Shown here: positions 8,664 to 18,484 of the stretch, piece by piece | Position numbering within the stretch: position 1 is the stretch's first letter | How the letters are laid out: the number at the start of each line of letters is the position of its first letter | Assembly: GCA_001302825.1 (NCBI GenBank) | Contig: LIZR01000004.1 | Span: 1-41,302 of the forward strand | Direction of reading: 5' to 3' | Source: Planctomycetes bacterium DG_23 | Lineage (GTDB): Bacteria > Planctomycetota > DG-23 | Length of the DNA: 41,302 bases | Translations under genes and position numbers: made by a program | Notes under the pieces: generated by a model | What the model saw: only the letters and a program-made list of their open reading frames with translations | What the model was told of the DNA's origin: nothing | The model's database searches: none

Positions 8664-8678
8664 TGACAAAAATTGTCT
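8664..8678. promoter_or_regulatory. TGAC-N7-GTC inverted repeat (TGACAAAAATTGTCT) overlapping a TTGACA -35-like hexamer
   Basis: It differs by one base from the distal pilin-upstream site TGACGAAAATTGTCG. It lies in the 143-nt gap upstream of the EF-G-like/pilT/pilB/pilC train. The downstream -10 is ambiguous (TATAGT at a 15-nt spacing). Confidence 0.3.
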
Positions 8679-8720
8679 ATATTTATAGTGTGGTTTGCGC
8701 AAGTGTGACGGAGGAAATAG

Positions 8721-10754
8721 GTGCCACTGAACAAAGCAGAGGATATTCGCAACATCGCTATAGTGGGCCACGGTGGCGCGGGTAAGACCACTCTGGCCGA
8801 GGCTATGCTTTTCACCGCCAAGGTTATCGACCGAATGGGAAGCGTGGAGAATGGTACCACGGCTTCTGATTTTGAGGAGGAGGAAAGGGAGCGGAAGATA
8901 AGCATAGATACGTCCATCCTCCATCTGGCCTGGAAAGGAAGAGGGATAAATGTCCTGGATACCCCTGGTTATCCTGAGTTCGTGGGCCAGGTGCTTTCGG
9001 CCCTGAGGGCTGTCGACGCGGTGGTGTTGGTGGTCTCGGGTCCGGCGGGCGTGGAACTCAATACCCGCAAGTGCTGGCAATATGCCCAGGAAGAAGGCCT
9101 GGCCAAATTCATCGTCTTGAGCAAAACGGACGAAGAAAATGTGGATTTCGAAAGCCTCTTAAAAAATATGCGGGATGTCTTCGGCCAGGGACTGGTTCCC
9201 TTCAACCTTCCTTTGGGCAAAGGGGCGGGACTTGAGCAGACCCTTGATGTTTTTGCTCCTCCAGAGGGCCTTGAAGCCAAGATGCAAAAGGGTCTGGAGC
9301 GGGCCAGGGAACAAATCATAGAGGCTGCGGTAGAGGCCGATGACCAACTTCTGGAGCGCTATCTCGAAGGCCAGGAACCGAGCGGGGAAGAATTAACTCA
9401 CACCCTGGCAGAGAGGATAGCCCAGGGAAAAGTGGCTCCTGTCCTTTGCACCTCGGCGATAAAAGGACTGGGCGTGGCACAACTTCTGGATGCCCTGGCT
9501 CGATTCGCCCCTTCGCCTACTGCCAGTTCCAGGGAGCTCTTCCTTCTGAAAGCCGAGGAAAAAGAGCCTCTTGAGTCAAGCAACAGCAGGTTTTCCGCTC
9601 AGGTCTTCAAGACGATGACCGATCCTTATGTGGGAAAACTTTCATTTTTAAGGGTCTTTTCCGGCAAGGGTACTGGCGATACTATGCTTTATAATCCTCG
9701 CACCAATCGTTCCGTGAAGGCCGGTCAACTCCTGCGCATCAAGGGCAAAGAGCAGTCGCCTCTTTCCGAAGTGCTGGCCGGCGATATTGTGGCGGTGGCC
9801 AAGATAGAGGACCTGGCTGTCTCCGATACTCTTCACGATAAACGAGAAGCGGGGGCCTTCAAACCCATTCATTTCCCCCAGCCCATGGTGTCTCTTGCGG
9901 TGGAGCCAAAAAGCCGTGGGGATGAGCAGCGCCTTTCCACATCTTTGAGCAAATTAAGCGGGGAAGACCCGACTTTCGTCGTAACCCGGGAGCGGCAAAC
10001 TAATGAACTGGTGATTACCGGGATGAGCACCCTGCATCTGGAGATAATGCTGGGGCGGCTTAAGAAGCGATTTGATGTAGAGGTAGTGGCCAGGCCGCCT
10101 AAAATCCCCTATAAAGAGACCATTACCACTGCTACCCAGGCGCAGTATCGGCATAAAAAACAAACCGGGGGCCGGGGGCAATATGGAGAGGTATATTTGA
10201 AGTTGGAGCCCCTGGAGCGAGGCACAGGCTTTGAGTTTGTGGATAAGATTGTGGGCGGGGCTATCCCCAATCAATATATTCCTGCGGTAGAAAAAGGGAT
10301 TCGTGAGGTTCTGGACAAGGGCGTGATCGCTGGTTATCCGGTGACGGATATCAGGGTGACTCTTTATGACGGCACTTTTCACACCGTGGATTCCTCTGAG
10401 ATAGCGTTTAAGATTGCCGCCAACCGCGCCTTTCAGGAAGGATTTCGCCAGGCCCGGCCCTGTCTTCTGGAGCCCATCGTTCTCCTGGAGGTTACTGTGC
10501 CTAATGAATTTATGGGAGATATTACCAGCGACCTGAATGGTCGGCGGGGCCGCATCCTGGGGATGGATTCCTTGGGCGATCTGCAGGTGGTGAAGGCCCT
10601 GGTGCCTGTGGGCGAGATTAGCAGATATGCCACCGAACTTCGTTCCCGCACCGGGGGACAGGGATTTTATACCGTTGAATTTTCCCATTACGATGTGGTG
10701 CCCCAGAGAATTCAGGAGGAACTGGTGGCCCGGGCCAAAGCAAAAGAGGATTAG
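8721..10754 (+). CDS. Elongation factor G paralog (EF-G-like translational GTPase)
   Basis: 677 aa with a GTG start after GGAGGA. G1 is GHGGAGKT, G3 is DTPG and G4 is SKTD, which are divergent from canonical AHIDAGKT/NKMD. EF-G domains II-V are recognisable (HLEI...YKETI..., GGRGQYG). Confidence 0.8.
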   Translation: MPLNKAEDIRNIAIVGHGGAGKTTLAEAMLFTAKVIDRMGSVENGTTASDFEEEERERKISIDTSILHLAWKGRGINVLDTPGYPEFVGQVLSALRAVDAVVLVVSGPAGVELNTRKCWQYAQEEGLAKFIVLSKTDEENVDFESLLKNMRDVFGQGLVPFNLPLGKGAGLEQTLDVFAPPEGLEAKMQKGLERAREQIIEAAVEADDQLLERYLEGQEPSGEELTHTLAERIAQGKVAPVLCTSAIKGLGVAQLLDALARFAPSPTASSRELFLLKAEEKEPLESSNSRFSAQVFKTMTDPYVGKLSFLRVFSGKGTGDTMLYNPRTNRSVKAGQLLRIKGKEQSPLSEVLAGDIVAVAKIEDLAVSDTLHDKREAGAFKPIHFPQPMVSLAVEPKSRGDEQRLSTSLSKLSGEDPTFVVTRERQTNELVITGMSTLHLEIMLGRLKKRFDVEVVARPPKIPYKETITTATQAQYRHKKQTGGRGQYGEVYLKLEPLERGTGFEFVDKIVGGAIPNQYIPAVEKGIREVLDKGVIAGYPVTDIRVTLYDGTFHTVDSSEIAFKIAANRAFQEGFRQARPCLLEPIVLLEVTVPNEFMGDITSDLNGRRGRILGMDSLGDLQVVKALVPVGEISRYATELRSRTGGQGFYTVEFSHYDVVPQRIQEELVARAKAKED

Positions 10755-10761
10755 GGCAAAA

Positions 10762-11067
10762 GTGCTTGATATTCAGCATCTCCTGCAAGAAATGGTGGCA
10801 AAGAAAGGGTCGGATTTACATATAGCGGCGGGTAGTCCGCCGCGCATAAGGGCTGAGGGCCGTCTGACACCAATTAAACATCCAGTTTTGAGCCCCAAGG
10901 AGACAGAAGAAGCCATTTATAAGCTATTGAGCAAAGAGGAAATAGAGCGCTTCGAGCGAGATTGGGAACTGGAGACCTCCATAGACATTAGTGGTTTGGG
11001 AAAATTTAATGCGAGTATTTTTCGGCAGCGGGGCGCGGTGGGTGCAGTATTTCGTTCGGTGTCTTAA
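10762..11067 (+). CDS. Stand-alone PilT N-terminal domain protein (about 101 aa), no ATPase domain
   Basis: The track ORF 10627-11067 overlaps the EF-G-like gene. In-frame GTG 10762 lies 8 nt after its stop. VLDIQHLLQEMVAKKGSDLHIAAGSPPRIRAEGRL...FRQRGAVGAVFR aligns colinearly with residues about 8-108 of the adjacent pilT. It stops just before the Walker A region. Confidence 0.6.
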   Translation: MLDIQHLLQEMVAKKGSDLHIAAGSPPRIRAEGRLTPIKHPVLSPKETEEAIYKLLSKEEIERFERDWELETSIDISGLGKFNASIFRQRGAVGAVFRSVS

Positions 11068-11087
11068 TTCAAAATTGGAGGTAACCT

Positions 11088-12173
11088 ATGGAGGAAGTCA
11101 AAGAAAAAATATCTATAACTATTGAAGACCTTCTGCGGGAGTTGGTGGACAAAGAAGGCTCCGACCTTCATCTGACTGCGGGAAGTCCCCCGCGCATACG
11201 AGTCCACGGCAACCTCCTGGCCACCGAGCACGACCTCCTTACGCCGGATTCCACTCAGCGTATGATTTATAGCATCCTCAACAATGACCAGATTGCTCGT
11301 TTTGAACAAAATCTGGAACTGGATATGTCCTTTGGCATCGCGGGGCTGGGCCGCTTCAGAACCAATGTCTTTATGCAGCGCGGCACCATAGGGGCGGTTT
11401 TGCGCGTGATCCCTATGGAAATACCGCAGATGTCCGAACTGGGCCTTCCCGTGGAACTCTGCCAGCGCCTCTGTCGCTTGCCCAAGGGGCTAATTCTCGT
11501 CACCGGGCCCACGGGAACCGGCAAATCCACCACCCAGGCTGCTATGGTTGATTTCATAAATCGCACCCGCGAAGGTCACATAGTAACCATTGAAGACCCC
11601 ATTGAGTTCGTGCACCGTCATAAGAACTGTCTCTTGAATCAGCGGGAGGTGGGAAACGACACGCGCTCTTTTAATAGTGCGCTGCGTACCGTCTTCCGAC
11701 AGGATCCCGATGTTATCCTCATAGGTGAAATGCGTGACCAGGAGACCGTACAAGCGGCCCTGACGCTGGCCGAGACGGGTCATTTGACCTTTGGCACGCT
11801 TCACACTCCTGATGTGGTCCAGACCATAAACCGCATCGTGGATGTCTTCCCGGCCTATCAGCAGAGACAGGTGCGCACGCAACTTTCCTTTGTGCTGGAG
11901 GCAGTATTTTGCCAGCAGCTTTTGATGCGGCAGGATGGCCGCGGCAGGGTTCTGGCCCTGGAAGTGATGGTGGTCAATGCCGCCGTCCGCAGTCTCATCC
12001 GGGATGACAAGGCGCATCAGATTTATTCCAGCATTCAAACCGGGGCCAAGGAGGGAATGAAGACTATGAACCACGCCCTTTATGAACTGGTGCAAAAGGG
12101 TCTCATTACCTACGACGACGCTTTCTCCCGCTCCTCAGCCCCGGATGACCTGCGCCGTATATTCCAGAAATAA
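11088..12173 (+). CDS. pilT: Type IV pilus retraction ATPase
   Basis: 361 aa with Walker A GPTGTGKST and the Asp box/Walker B ILIGEMRD. It also has the His box GHLTFGTLHT and the AVRSLIRD (AIRNLIRE-like) motif. Confidence 0.9.
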   Translation: MEEVKEKISITIEDLLRELVDKEGSDLHLTAGSPPRIRVHGNLLATEHDLLTPDSTQRMIYSILNNDQIARFEQNLELDMSFGIAGLGRFRTNVFMQRGTIGAVLRVIPMEIPQMSELGLPVELCQRLCRLPKGLILVTGPTGTGKSTTQAAMVDFINRTREGHIVTIEDPIEFVHRHKNCLLNQREVGNDTRSFNSALRTVFRQDPDVILIGEMRDQETVQAALTLAETGHLTFGTLHTPDVVQTINRIVDVFPAYQQRQVRTQLSFVLEAVFCQQLLMRQDGRGRVLALEVMVVNAAVRSLIRDDKAHQIYSSIQTGAKEGMKTMNHALYELVQKGLITYDDAFSRSSAPDDLRRIFQK

Positions 12174-12256
12174 CAAAAGAGCCAAAGAATAACAGGGAAT
12201 AATTTAGCGAGGCAGCCGCAAAAAGGTGCGAATGTCAATCTGGAAGGGAGACATAG

Positions 12257-13966
12257 ATGGGTAAATTTGAAAGACGCTTACACGACCTTTTGGTTAAAGC
12301 CGAAGTCCTGACTAAAGAAAGGGCCGAGGAAGGTCTGGAAATCTCAGGAAACGAAGGCATACCTTATCCTCAGGTTTTACTGGAGCGGGGCCTGGTCAAG
12401 GAAGGAGATTTAATTGGTGTGCTTTCCGAGGAACTCAATCTACCGGCAATAGATCTTTCCAAGGTAAAACCTTCACCGGAGGCGTTGGCCACTATGACCC
12501 AGGACCTGGCGTTGCACTATCTGGCATTGCCCGTGGCCAAGGCTGGCAATGTCTTAACCGTGGCCGTGGCCGACCCTTTTGACATCTTCACCCTGGATAA
12601 TGTGCATGTGGTGACCGGCTGCGAACTGCGCCCGGTAATCTCCACCGAGCAGAGCGTCCGTCAGGCCATCGAGAGGGCATATAGCGGTGGCGAGAGGGCT
12701 ATGGAACAGTTAATGGTAGACTCTGAAGACCTGCAATTCGAACTAACTCGTCAAAGTCTGGAAGATACCTCTTTAGATTTTACCAAACTCACTGGCGGCA
12801 AGGTTGATGCGCCGATAATTAAACTGGTCAATCTCATTATCTTTCAGGCCGTCCAGAGCGGAGCCAGCGATGTTCATATCGAACCGCTTCCTGACCGTAC
12901 CCGGGTAAGATACAGGCAGGATGGCCGCTTGCGGGAGACCATCAATCCCCCTCGCAGGATGCATAGTGCCATCGTCTCGCGTATCAAAGTTATGGCCAAT
13001 TGCGACATCGCTGAGCACCGCATGCCCCAAGATGGCAAATTTCAGTTGTCCATTGAAGGCAAATTGGTAGATTTCCGCGTTTCCGTCTTGCCTGTAGTTC
13101 ACGGCGAGAAGGTGGTGGTGCGCATCCTGGACCCCACAGCGCTCAGTCGAGATATGGATGCCCTGGGCTTTGAGAAAAAGTGCCTGGAAGATTTCCGCCA
13201 TGCCGTTAAGGCCCCTTGGGGGATGGTGCTTCTCACCGGACCTACCGGATGCGGCAAATCCACCACCCTTTACGCCGCGGTCAAAGAGATTATTTCCAGC
13301 GCCGATAACTTCATCACCGTGGAAGACCCGGTGGAATACCAAATAGACGGGGTTAATCAGGTCCAGGTGAACCCCAAGGCGGGATTGACTTTTGCCGTGG
13401 CCTTGCGCAGCATCCTGCGCCAGGACCCGGATAAGGTGATGGTGGGGGAGATTCGAGATTTGGAGACAGGGGAAATCGCCGTGCGCGCCGCCCTTACCGG
13501 CCATTTAGTTATGTCCACCCTTCATACTAACGATGCTGTTGCCAGCATAACTCGCCTGGTGGATATGGGGGTGGAATCGTTCCTGGTGGCTTCATCGCTC
13601 TTACTGGTGAGTGCCCAGAGGTTGGCCCGGGAACTTTGCGATGCCTGTAAAGAGGCGTATAAGCCGCCGAAGGATGTGCTTATCTCCGCTGGCTTTAAGC
13701 CGGAAGAATGCAAAGATTTGACACTTTATAGGCCCAAAGGCTGCATCCGCTGCACGGAAGGATACAAAGGCCGCTTCGGGCTTCTGGAAACTCTGGTGAT
13801 TGACGACGAGATGGAAGACCTTATCCTGCGTGGGGCCTCAGCGATGGAACTGAAGAAGGCGGCCCTTAAGAAGGAGATGTTGAGCCTTAGGCGCTGCGGC
13901 ATACTTAATGCCATTCGGGGCCGCACCTCCCTGGAGGAGGTTCTCAGTGTAACTATGATTGATTGA
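12257..13966 (+). CDS. pilB: Type IV pilus assembly (extension) ATPase, GspE family
   Basis: 569 aa with a T2SSE_N-type N-terminus and Walker A GPTGCGKST. VMVGEIRD and GHLVMSTLHT are present, as is the tetracysteine motif CDAC...CIRC. Confidence 0.9.
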   Translation: MGKFERRLHDLLVKAEVLTKERAEEGLEISGNEGIPYPQVLLERGLVKEGDLIGVLSEELNLPAIDLSKVKPSPEALATMTQDLALHYLALPVAKAGNVLTVAVADPFDIFTLDNVHVVTGCELRPVISTEQSVRQAIERAYSGGERAMEQLMVDSEDLQFELTRQSLEDTSLDFTKLTGGKVDAPIIKLVNLIIFQAVQSGASDVHIEPLPDRTRVRYRQDGRLRETINPPRRMHSAIVSRIKVMANCDIAEHRMPQDGKFQLSIEGKLVDFRVSVLPVVHGEKVVVRILDPTALSRDMDALGFEKKCLEDFRHAVKAPWGMVLLTGPTGCGKSTTLYAAVKEIISSADNFITVEDPVEYQIDGVNQVQVNPKAGLTFAVALRSILRQDPDKVMVGEIRDLETGEIAVRAALTGHLVMSTLHTNDAVASITRLVDMGVESFLVASSLLLVSAQRLARELCDACKEAYKPPKDVLISAGFKPEECKDLTLYRPKGCIRCTEGYKGRFGLLETLVIDDEMEDLILRGASAMELKKAALKKEMLSLRRCGILNAIRGRTSLEEVLSVTMID

Positions 13967-14068
13967 TGAGAGGAATTTTATTTATAGATTAACAGGGTAA
14001 TGGGCTGGTAACTGTGTGATGTGCGTTTTCTATGCAGTAATGGGCTGATTAATTTGGGGAGGGTTATC

Positions 14069-15292
14069 GTGCCTGAATTTCACTATTTGGCCAAAGATGA
14101 AGGTGGAAAGAATGTCTCCGGTACCGTCACTGCCGCCTCGGAAAACGAAGCCGTTGTCTCCCTGCACAGCCGCAATCTGGTCGTTCTTTCTCTGACCGGA
14201 GCGGTGGAGCGTAGGACCTGGAGCATTCTGAGCGGCAGGGGGGCCCCCAGAGCCAGGGTCAAGGTGGACGAGTTGGCCGTCTTTATGCGCCAACTTTCCA
14301 CTATGATCGGCGCCGGTCTTCCGGTGCTGGAGGCCCTGGAGGTTCTTCAGGAGCGAATGGAAAATCGCGGCTTTCAGTGGACTATTGGCAGGATAGTGGC
14401 TGATATTCGAGGTGGAAGCGCACTGTCTCATGCTATGAGCCAGCACCCGCGGGTCTTCAGCAATTTATGCGTCAATATGATTGTGGCCGGCGAGGCCAGT
14501 GGCCAGTTGGATATCATCCTCACTCGTCTGGCAGAATATCTTGAGGATATGGCTGCGCTTCGTCGTAGTATCAAAGCTGCTATGGCTTATCCCACAGTTG
14601 TACTCACCCTCATCCTGGGCATAACCATCTTCCTTTTGACCTTCATCGTGCCCAAATTCAAGCAGATTTACGACACGCTGAAGGTGGACCTGCCCGGCAT
14701 CACCTCGTTCATATTGAATGTAAGTGTTTTTATGCAGAACAATTTCTTTGTGATGTTTCTGATGTTTCTGGGCCTGGCCATAGGACTTTATATTTACTCC
14801 CGCACAGAATTTGGGGGCCGCCAAATAGACTGGGTAAAACTGCATCTGCCTATTTTCGGTCCGCTATTCAGTAAAGTGGCCCTCTCTCGTTTTAGCCGTA
14901 CCTTCGCCACTTTGATTGATAGCGGTGTGCCCATCCTGGGTTCCTTGGACATAGTGGCTGCGGCGGTGGGCAATCGCCTGCTGGCTCGGGATATCCTGAA
15001 CGCCCGGGAAAGCGTGCGCCAGGGCACGGCTCTGGGTGTTCCACTGTCCGCCTCCCCTCTTTTTCCACCTATGGTCTCCCATATGGTCGCCGTGGGTGAG
15101 CGTTCCGGCTCCCTGGGTGAACTCCTCCATAAGGTCTCCGAGTTCTACGACCAGCAAGTAAAAGCCGCTATAGAGTCCCTCACTTCCCTCATCGAACCTC
15201 TTATGATTGCCGTTATGGGGATTATGGTGGGCACCATCGTCCTCTCTGTCTTTTTACCCATCTTGAGGATACAGCAAATTCTGGCGGGATAA
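14069..15292 (+). CDS. pilC: Type IV pilus platform protein, GspF family
   Basis: The track ORF starts at 14021. I prefer GTG 14069 after GGGGAGG, which gives VPEFHYLAKDEGGK, a typical PilC N-terminus. The protein has two GspF repeats and 3 TM helices. Confidence 0.85.
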   Translation: MPEFHYLAKDEGGKNVSGTVTAASENEAVVSLHSRNLVVLSLTGAVERRTWSILSGRGAPRARVKVDELAVFMRQLSTMIGAGLPVLEALEVLQERMENRGFQWTIGRIVADIRGGSALSHAMSQHPRVFSNLCVNMIVAGEASGQLDIILTRLAEYLEDMAALRRSIKAAMAYPTVVLTLILGITIFLLTFIVPKFKQIYDTLKVDLPGITSFILNVSVFMQNNFFVMFLMFLGLAIGLYIYSRTEFGGRQIDWVKLHLPIFGPLFSKVALSRFSRTFATLIDSGVPILGSLDIVAAAVGNRLLARDILNARESVRQGTALGVPLSASPLFPPMVSHMVAVGERSGSLGELLHKVSEFYDQQVKAAIESLTSLIEPLMIAVMGIMVGTIVLSVFLPILRIQQILAG

Positions 15293-15305
15293 TGGGAGCG
15301 GGAAT

Positions 15306-16952
15306 TTGACTGTAGAAGACAGAGCCAGCCGCCGGGAGAGAGTGTATCCTCTAATCTGGCTTCAGGTATTTCGCCTTGGAGCGGTAATTTTCGCAATGGC
15401 CGCGATAATGCTCCGGGGTTTTCGCCAGGGGACGCTGGCTAAATTTTTCTGGCGGCCTTACCTGCTGCTGATTTGTGTTGCGCTGCTCTGTTTGATATAC
15501 ATATTTATCTCCTTGCGAGTAAGATATGCCAGGCCCTTTGCTGATGTTCAAATTTGGATAGACCTGGTGTGGGTTTCCTGTCTGGTATATCTTACAGGGG
15601 GTGTGGAGAGTAATTTCGTTATATTATATTTTGGGGTTATTCTTGCCGCCAGCCTCATATTAACTGCGGGAAGTGGGTTACTCATAACCTCTTTTGTGGT
15701 GACCTTTATGGCCGGGACTACCCTGGCTCATTTTTTGAGTGATCATTACAAATTTCCCCTACCGTTGGTGGTTGAAAGTGAGAGGCTGGGGACGCTGCGC
15801 TATGAAAATTATCGGGACCTCTTGACCTTTCTTTTGGGACAGTCTGCGGCCTTTTATGCGGTCTTTGGCCTTTCGAGCAGCCTGGCCCTGCGGCTCAAGC
15901 GAGTGCGCATCGTCACCGGCGGAATACTGCAGCATATGACCGACGGCGTTCTGGCTATTGAGCAAACAGGGCGAGTGGTCTTCCTTAACCCCCGAGCGCA
16001 AGAGATACTGGGCATATCCATTGATTGGCCCGGCAAACCCTATCAGAATTTACTGAAGTCCGAAAGGCACAAGACGATAAAAGAGACCCTGGCCCGGGGA
16101 AGTTCCGGACGGGTGGAGATGGAGGTGGAAATTCCGGGTGAAGGGAAGGTTCCCCTGGCCTTACATACATCTTTGATTTATGATGACCAGGGCCAGAGGC
16201 GTGGGCTAATTGCCTTATTCATAGACCTTTCCGAGCGACGCCGGCGGGAAGAGGCCGAAGAAAGGGCAGAAAGGATGGCTCTTTTGGCTCAGATGTCTGC
16301 AAGTATAGCCCACGAACTGCGTAATCCCCTGGGGGTTATAAGAGGTTCGGTTCAAACTCTGGCTTCAGGTTCAGCACTTGCCGAATCCGACAAAGACCTG
16401 GTGGATTTGGCAGTGAAGGAATCGGACCGCATCGACAATATCATCTCTGATTTTCTTTCCTTTGCCGGGCTGGAGCGGGGCATCTTCCATCCGGTGGACT
16501 TGGCTGAACTACTGAGAGAAGTGGCCCATTTTCTCAAAGCCCACGAAAAAGGCGGTTCGGATAGAATTAACCTGGAGATTCGTGAACCACTCTTTTGCCG
16601 AGGAAGTGCACAACAACTCAGGCAGGCCTTCATCAATTTAGGTGTCAATGCCCTGGAGGCTATGGGCAAAACAGGCTCGCTCGAAATAAAAGCCCAATAC
16701 AGCCAACGGCCAGATATACTCCGCGGCAAAGGTGATAAGAGCATTCAGGTGGATTTTATAGACGAAGGTCCCGGGCTCAAGGTCGGTATGGAAGATAAGG
16801 TTTTCGAGCCCTTCTATACCACTAAGACCAAAGGCGTGGGATTGGGGCTGGCTATAGTAAAAAGGATAATCTCCTCGCACGAAGGGGAAGTTTTGGCGCA
16901 AAATCTTCCTTCAGGCGGCGCCAAGTTCTCCGTCTACCTTCCTGCCAGGTGA
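15306..16952 (+). CDS. pilS: Membrane sensor histidine kinase, PilS-like
   Basis: It has about 5-6 N-terminal TM helices and a PAS-like region. The H-box is SASIAHELRNPL and the HATPase_c motifs are NALEAM, DEGPG and GVGLGLAI. Confidence 0.75.
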   Translation: MTVEDRASRRERVYPLIWLQVFRLGAVIFAMAAIMLRGFRQGTLAKFFWRPYLLLICVALLCLIYIFISLRVRYARPFADVQIWIDLVWVSCLVYLTGGVESNFVILYFGVILAASLILTAGSGLLITSFVVTFMAGTTLAHFLSDHYKFPLPLVVESERLGTLRYENYRDLLTFLLGQSAAFYAVFGLSSSLALRLKRVRIVTGGILQHMTDGVLAIEQTGRVVFLNPRAQEILGISIDWPGKPYQNLLKSERHKTIKETLARGSSGRVEMEVEIPGEGKVPLALHTSLIYDDQGQRRGLIALFIDLSERRRREEAEERAERMALLAQMSASIAHELRNPLGVIRGSVQTLASGSALAESDKDLVDLAVKESDRIDNIISDFLSFAGLERGIFHPVDLAELLREVAHFLKAHEKGGSDRINLEIREPLFCRGSAQQLRQAFINLGVNALEAMGKTGSLEIKAQYSQRPDILRGKGDKSIQVDFIDEGPGLKVGMEDKVFEPFYTTKTKGVGLGLAIVKRIISSHEGEVLAQNLPSGGAKFSVYLPAR

Positions 16953-17014
16953 AGCCCGTAACCGGCCGCGCGGCAAAGCTTGGGCACAAACTCCGCAGGG
17001 AGAAAGGTTCATAA

Positions 17015-18484
17015 GTGAGTGAGGATAAACCAAGGGGACGCATTCTGGTCGTAGACGATGAACAGAATATGTGCCAGTTTCTCAAGACAATGCTCTCCCG
17101 CGAGGGCTACCAGGTTCTAATTGCTACCAATGGCCCGCAGGCCCTAAAAACTTACGAAGAGGACCATTTCGATTTGGTCATTGAAGACCTGAAGATGCCT
17201 GGAATGGATGGCATCCAACTCTTAAGCGCCATCAAGGAACTTGATGAGACGCAACTGGTAGTGATCATTACCGCCTTTTCCACCTGGGAATCTGCGGTGG
17301 AGGCTATGCGTTTGGGCGCCTTTGACTATATCCGTAAGCCCTTTGATAATGAGGCCATTAAAGTGCTGGTGGCCCGCGCCGTAGAGGTTGCTCAACTCCA
17401 ACGCGAAGGCGTGGAAACTGAAGAGGAGACTTTTGCCGTCGGTAATCTCATTGGCTCCAGTCCCCAGATACAAGAAATCCAGCGAGCCATCCGCCGCGTT
17501 GCTCCCACCGATACCACGGTACTCATCCAGGGCGAATCGGGTACAGGCAAAGAACTGGTGGCCAGAGCCATTCATTTCTCTTCCTATCGTCTGCGCATGC
17601 CCTTTATAGCAGTTAGTTGTAGTGCCTTTACTGAAAGTCTCCTGGAGAGCGAACTCTTCGGCCACATCAAAGGCTCCTTTACCGGAGCCATCACTGATAA
17701 AAAAGGCCTCTTCGAAGTTGCCGATAAAGGCACCATCTTTCTGGATGAAGTGGCCGAGATGTCCAAAAAGACCCAGGCCAAATTCTTGAGGGCCGTAGAG
17801 GAAAGAGAATTCCGTCCCGTGGGTTCTGCCAACTCAGTGAAGGTGGATTTGCGCGTGGTCACCGCTACCAATAAAGACCTTGAGGCCGAGGTGGAAGCAG
17901 GCAATTTCCGCGAAGACCTTTTCTATCGCCTGAATGTAGTGCCCATCTATTTGCCGCCTCTGAGGGAACGGCGCGGAGATATCCCGCTTCTGGCCGGGCA
18001 TTTACTGGCCAAATACGCCGGGATTTCCGGTAAAGAAATAATCTCCATTTCTCCGTTGGCTATGGAGGTCCTGGTGAGTTATGATTGGCCTGGTAATGTG
18101 CGAGAGTTGGATAACTGCATCCAGCGGGCGCTCGCCTTTGCCGAAGGAGATGAAATAGAGGCAGCGGATATCGCCGGAGGAAAACGCGCCGGCATATTAG
18201 AGGCGGTGAGGGCCAAATGGCTTCGGGAGGGCAAACCCGACCATCTGGCCTCTCTGGTGGAAGAGGGGATGGAAGGGGCCCGTTTCTTTCCCGAGGTAAT
18301 CCCTTCTGAGGGTATAAACCTGGAAGAAAGGCTTGCTGGTATAGAGCGCAACTATATAACCTATGCTCTTCGCCAAACCAACTGGAACATTACTGCTGCG
18401 GCCAAACACCTGGGCACTTCTTTTCGCTCCTTGCGCTATCGCATAAAGAAATTAGGGATTAAGCAAAATGACGCCACCTCTTAA
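17015..18484 (+). CDS. pilR: Sigma54-dependent response regulator (NtrC family), PilR-like
   Basis: GTG start. The REC domain carries DDE...D...K. The AAA+ domain has GESGTGKE, ESELFGH and GSFTGA (a GAFTGA variant). The C-terminal Fis-type HTH reads NWNITAAAKHLGTSFRSLRYRIKKLGI. Confidence 0.85.
   Translation: MSEDKPRGRILVVDDEQNMCQFLKTMLSREGYQVLIATNGPQALKTYEEDHFDLVIEDLKMPGMDGIQLLSAIKELDETQLVVIITAFSTWESAVEAMRLGAFDYIRKPFDNEAIKVLVARAVEVAQLQREGVETEEETFAVGNLIGSSPQIQEIQRAIRRVAPTDTTVLIQGESGTGKELVARAIHFSSYRLRMPFIAVSCSAFTESLLESELFGHIKGSFTGAITDKKGLFEVADKGTIFLDEVAEMSKKTQAKFLRAVEEREFRPVGSANSVKVDLRVVTATNKDLEAEVEAGNFREDLFYRLNVVPIYLPPLRERRGDIPLLAGHLLAKYAGISGKEIISISPLAMEVLVSYDWPGNVRELDNCIQRALAFAEGDEIEAADIAGGKRAGILEAVRAKWLREGKPDHLASLVEEGMEGARFFPEVIPSEGINLEERLAGIERNYITYALRQTNWNITAAAKHLGTSFRSLRYRIKKLGIKQNDATS

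Noticed and set aside
10627-10761. The 5' extension of the PilT-N ORF as given in the track (start at 10627)
   Set aside because: This part overlaps the last 128 nt of the EF-G-like gene in another frame. Its translation (MPPNFVPAPGDRDF...) has no homology to PilT. Homology begins exactly at the in-frame GTG at 10762.
12257-12500. MshEN-type c-di-GMP binding motif in the PilB N-terminus
   Set aside because: RLHDLLVKAEVLTKERAEEGLE resembles the RLGxxLVxxGLITxxQLxxAL motif. However, both conserved Gly positions are replaced (His, Glu), and the second motif copy lacks the RLG start. I cannot call it from sequence alone.
9954-13504. Antisense ORFs 9954-10688 (244 aa), 11490-12095 (201 aa) and 12773-13504 (243 aa)
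   Set aside because: Each is fully embedded opposite the EF-G-like gene, pilT or pilB. They show no motifs and have compositions typical of shadow frames.
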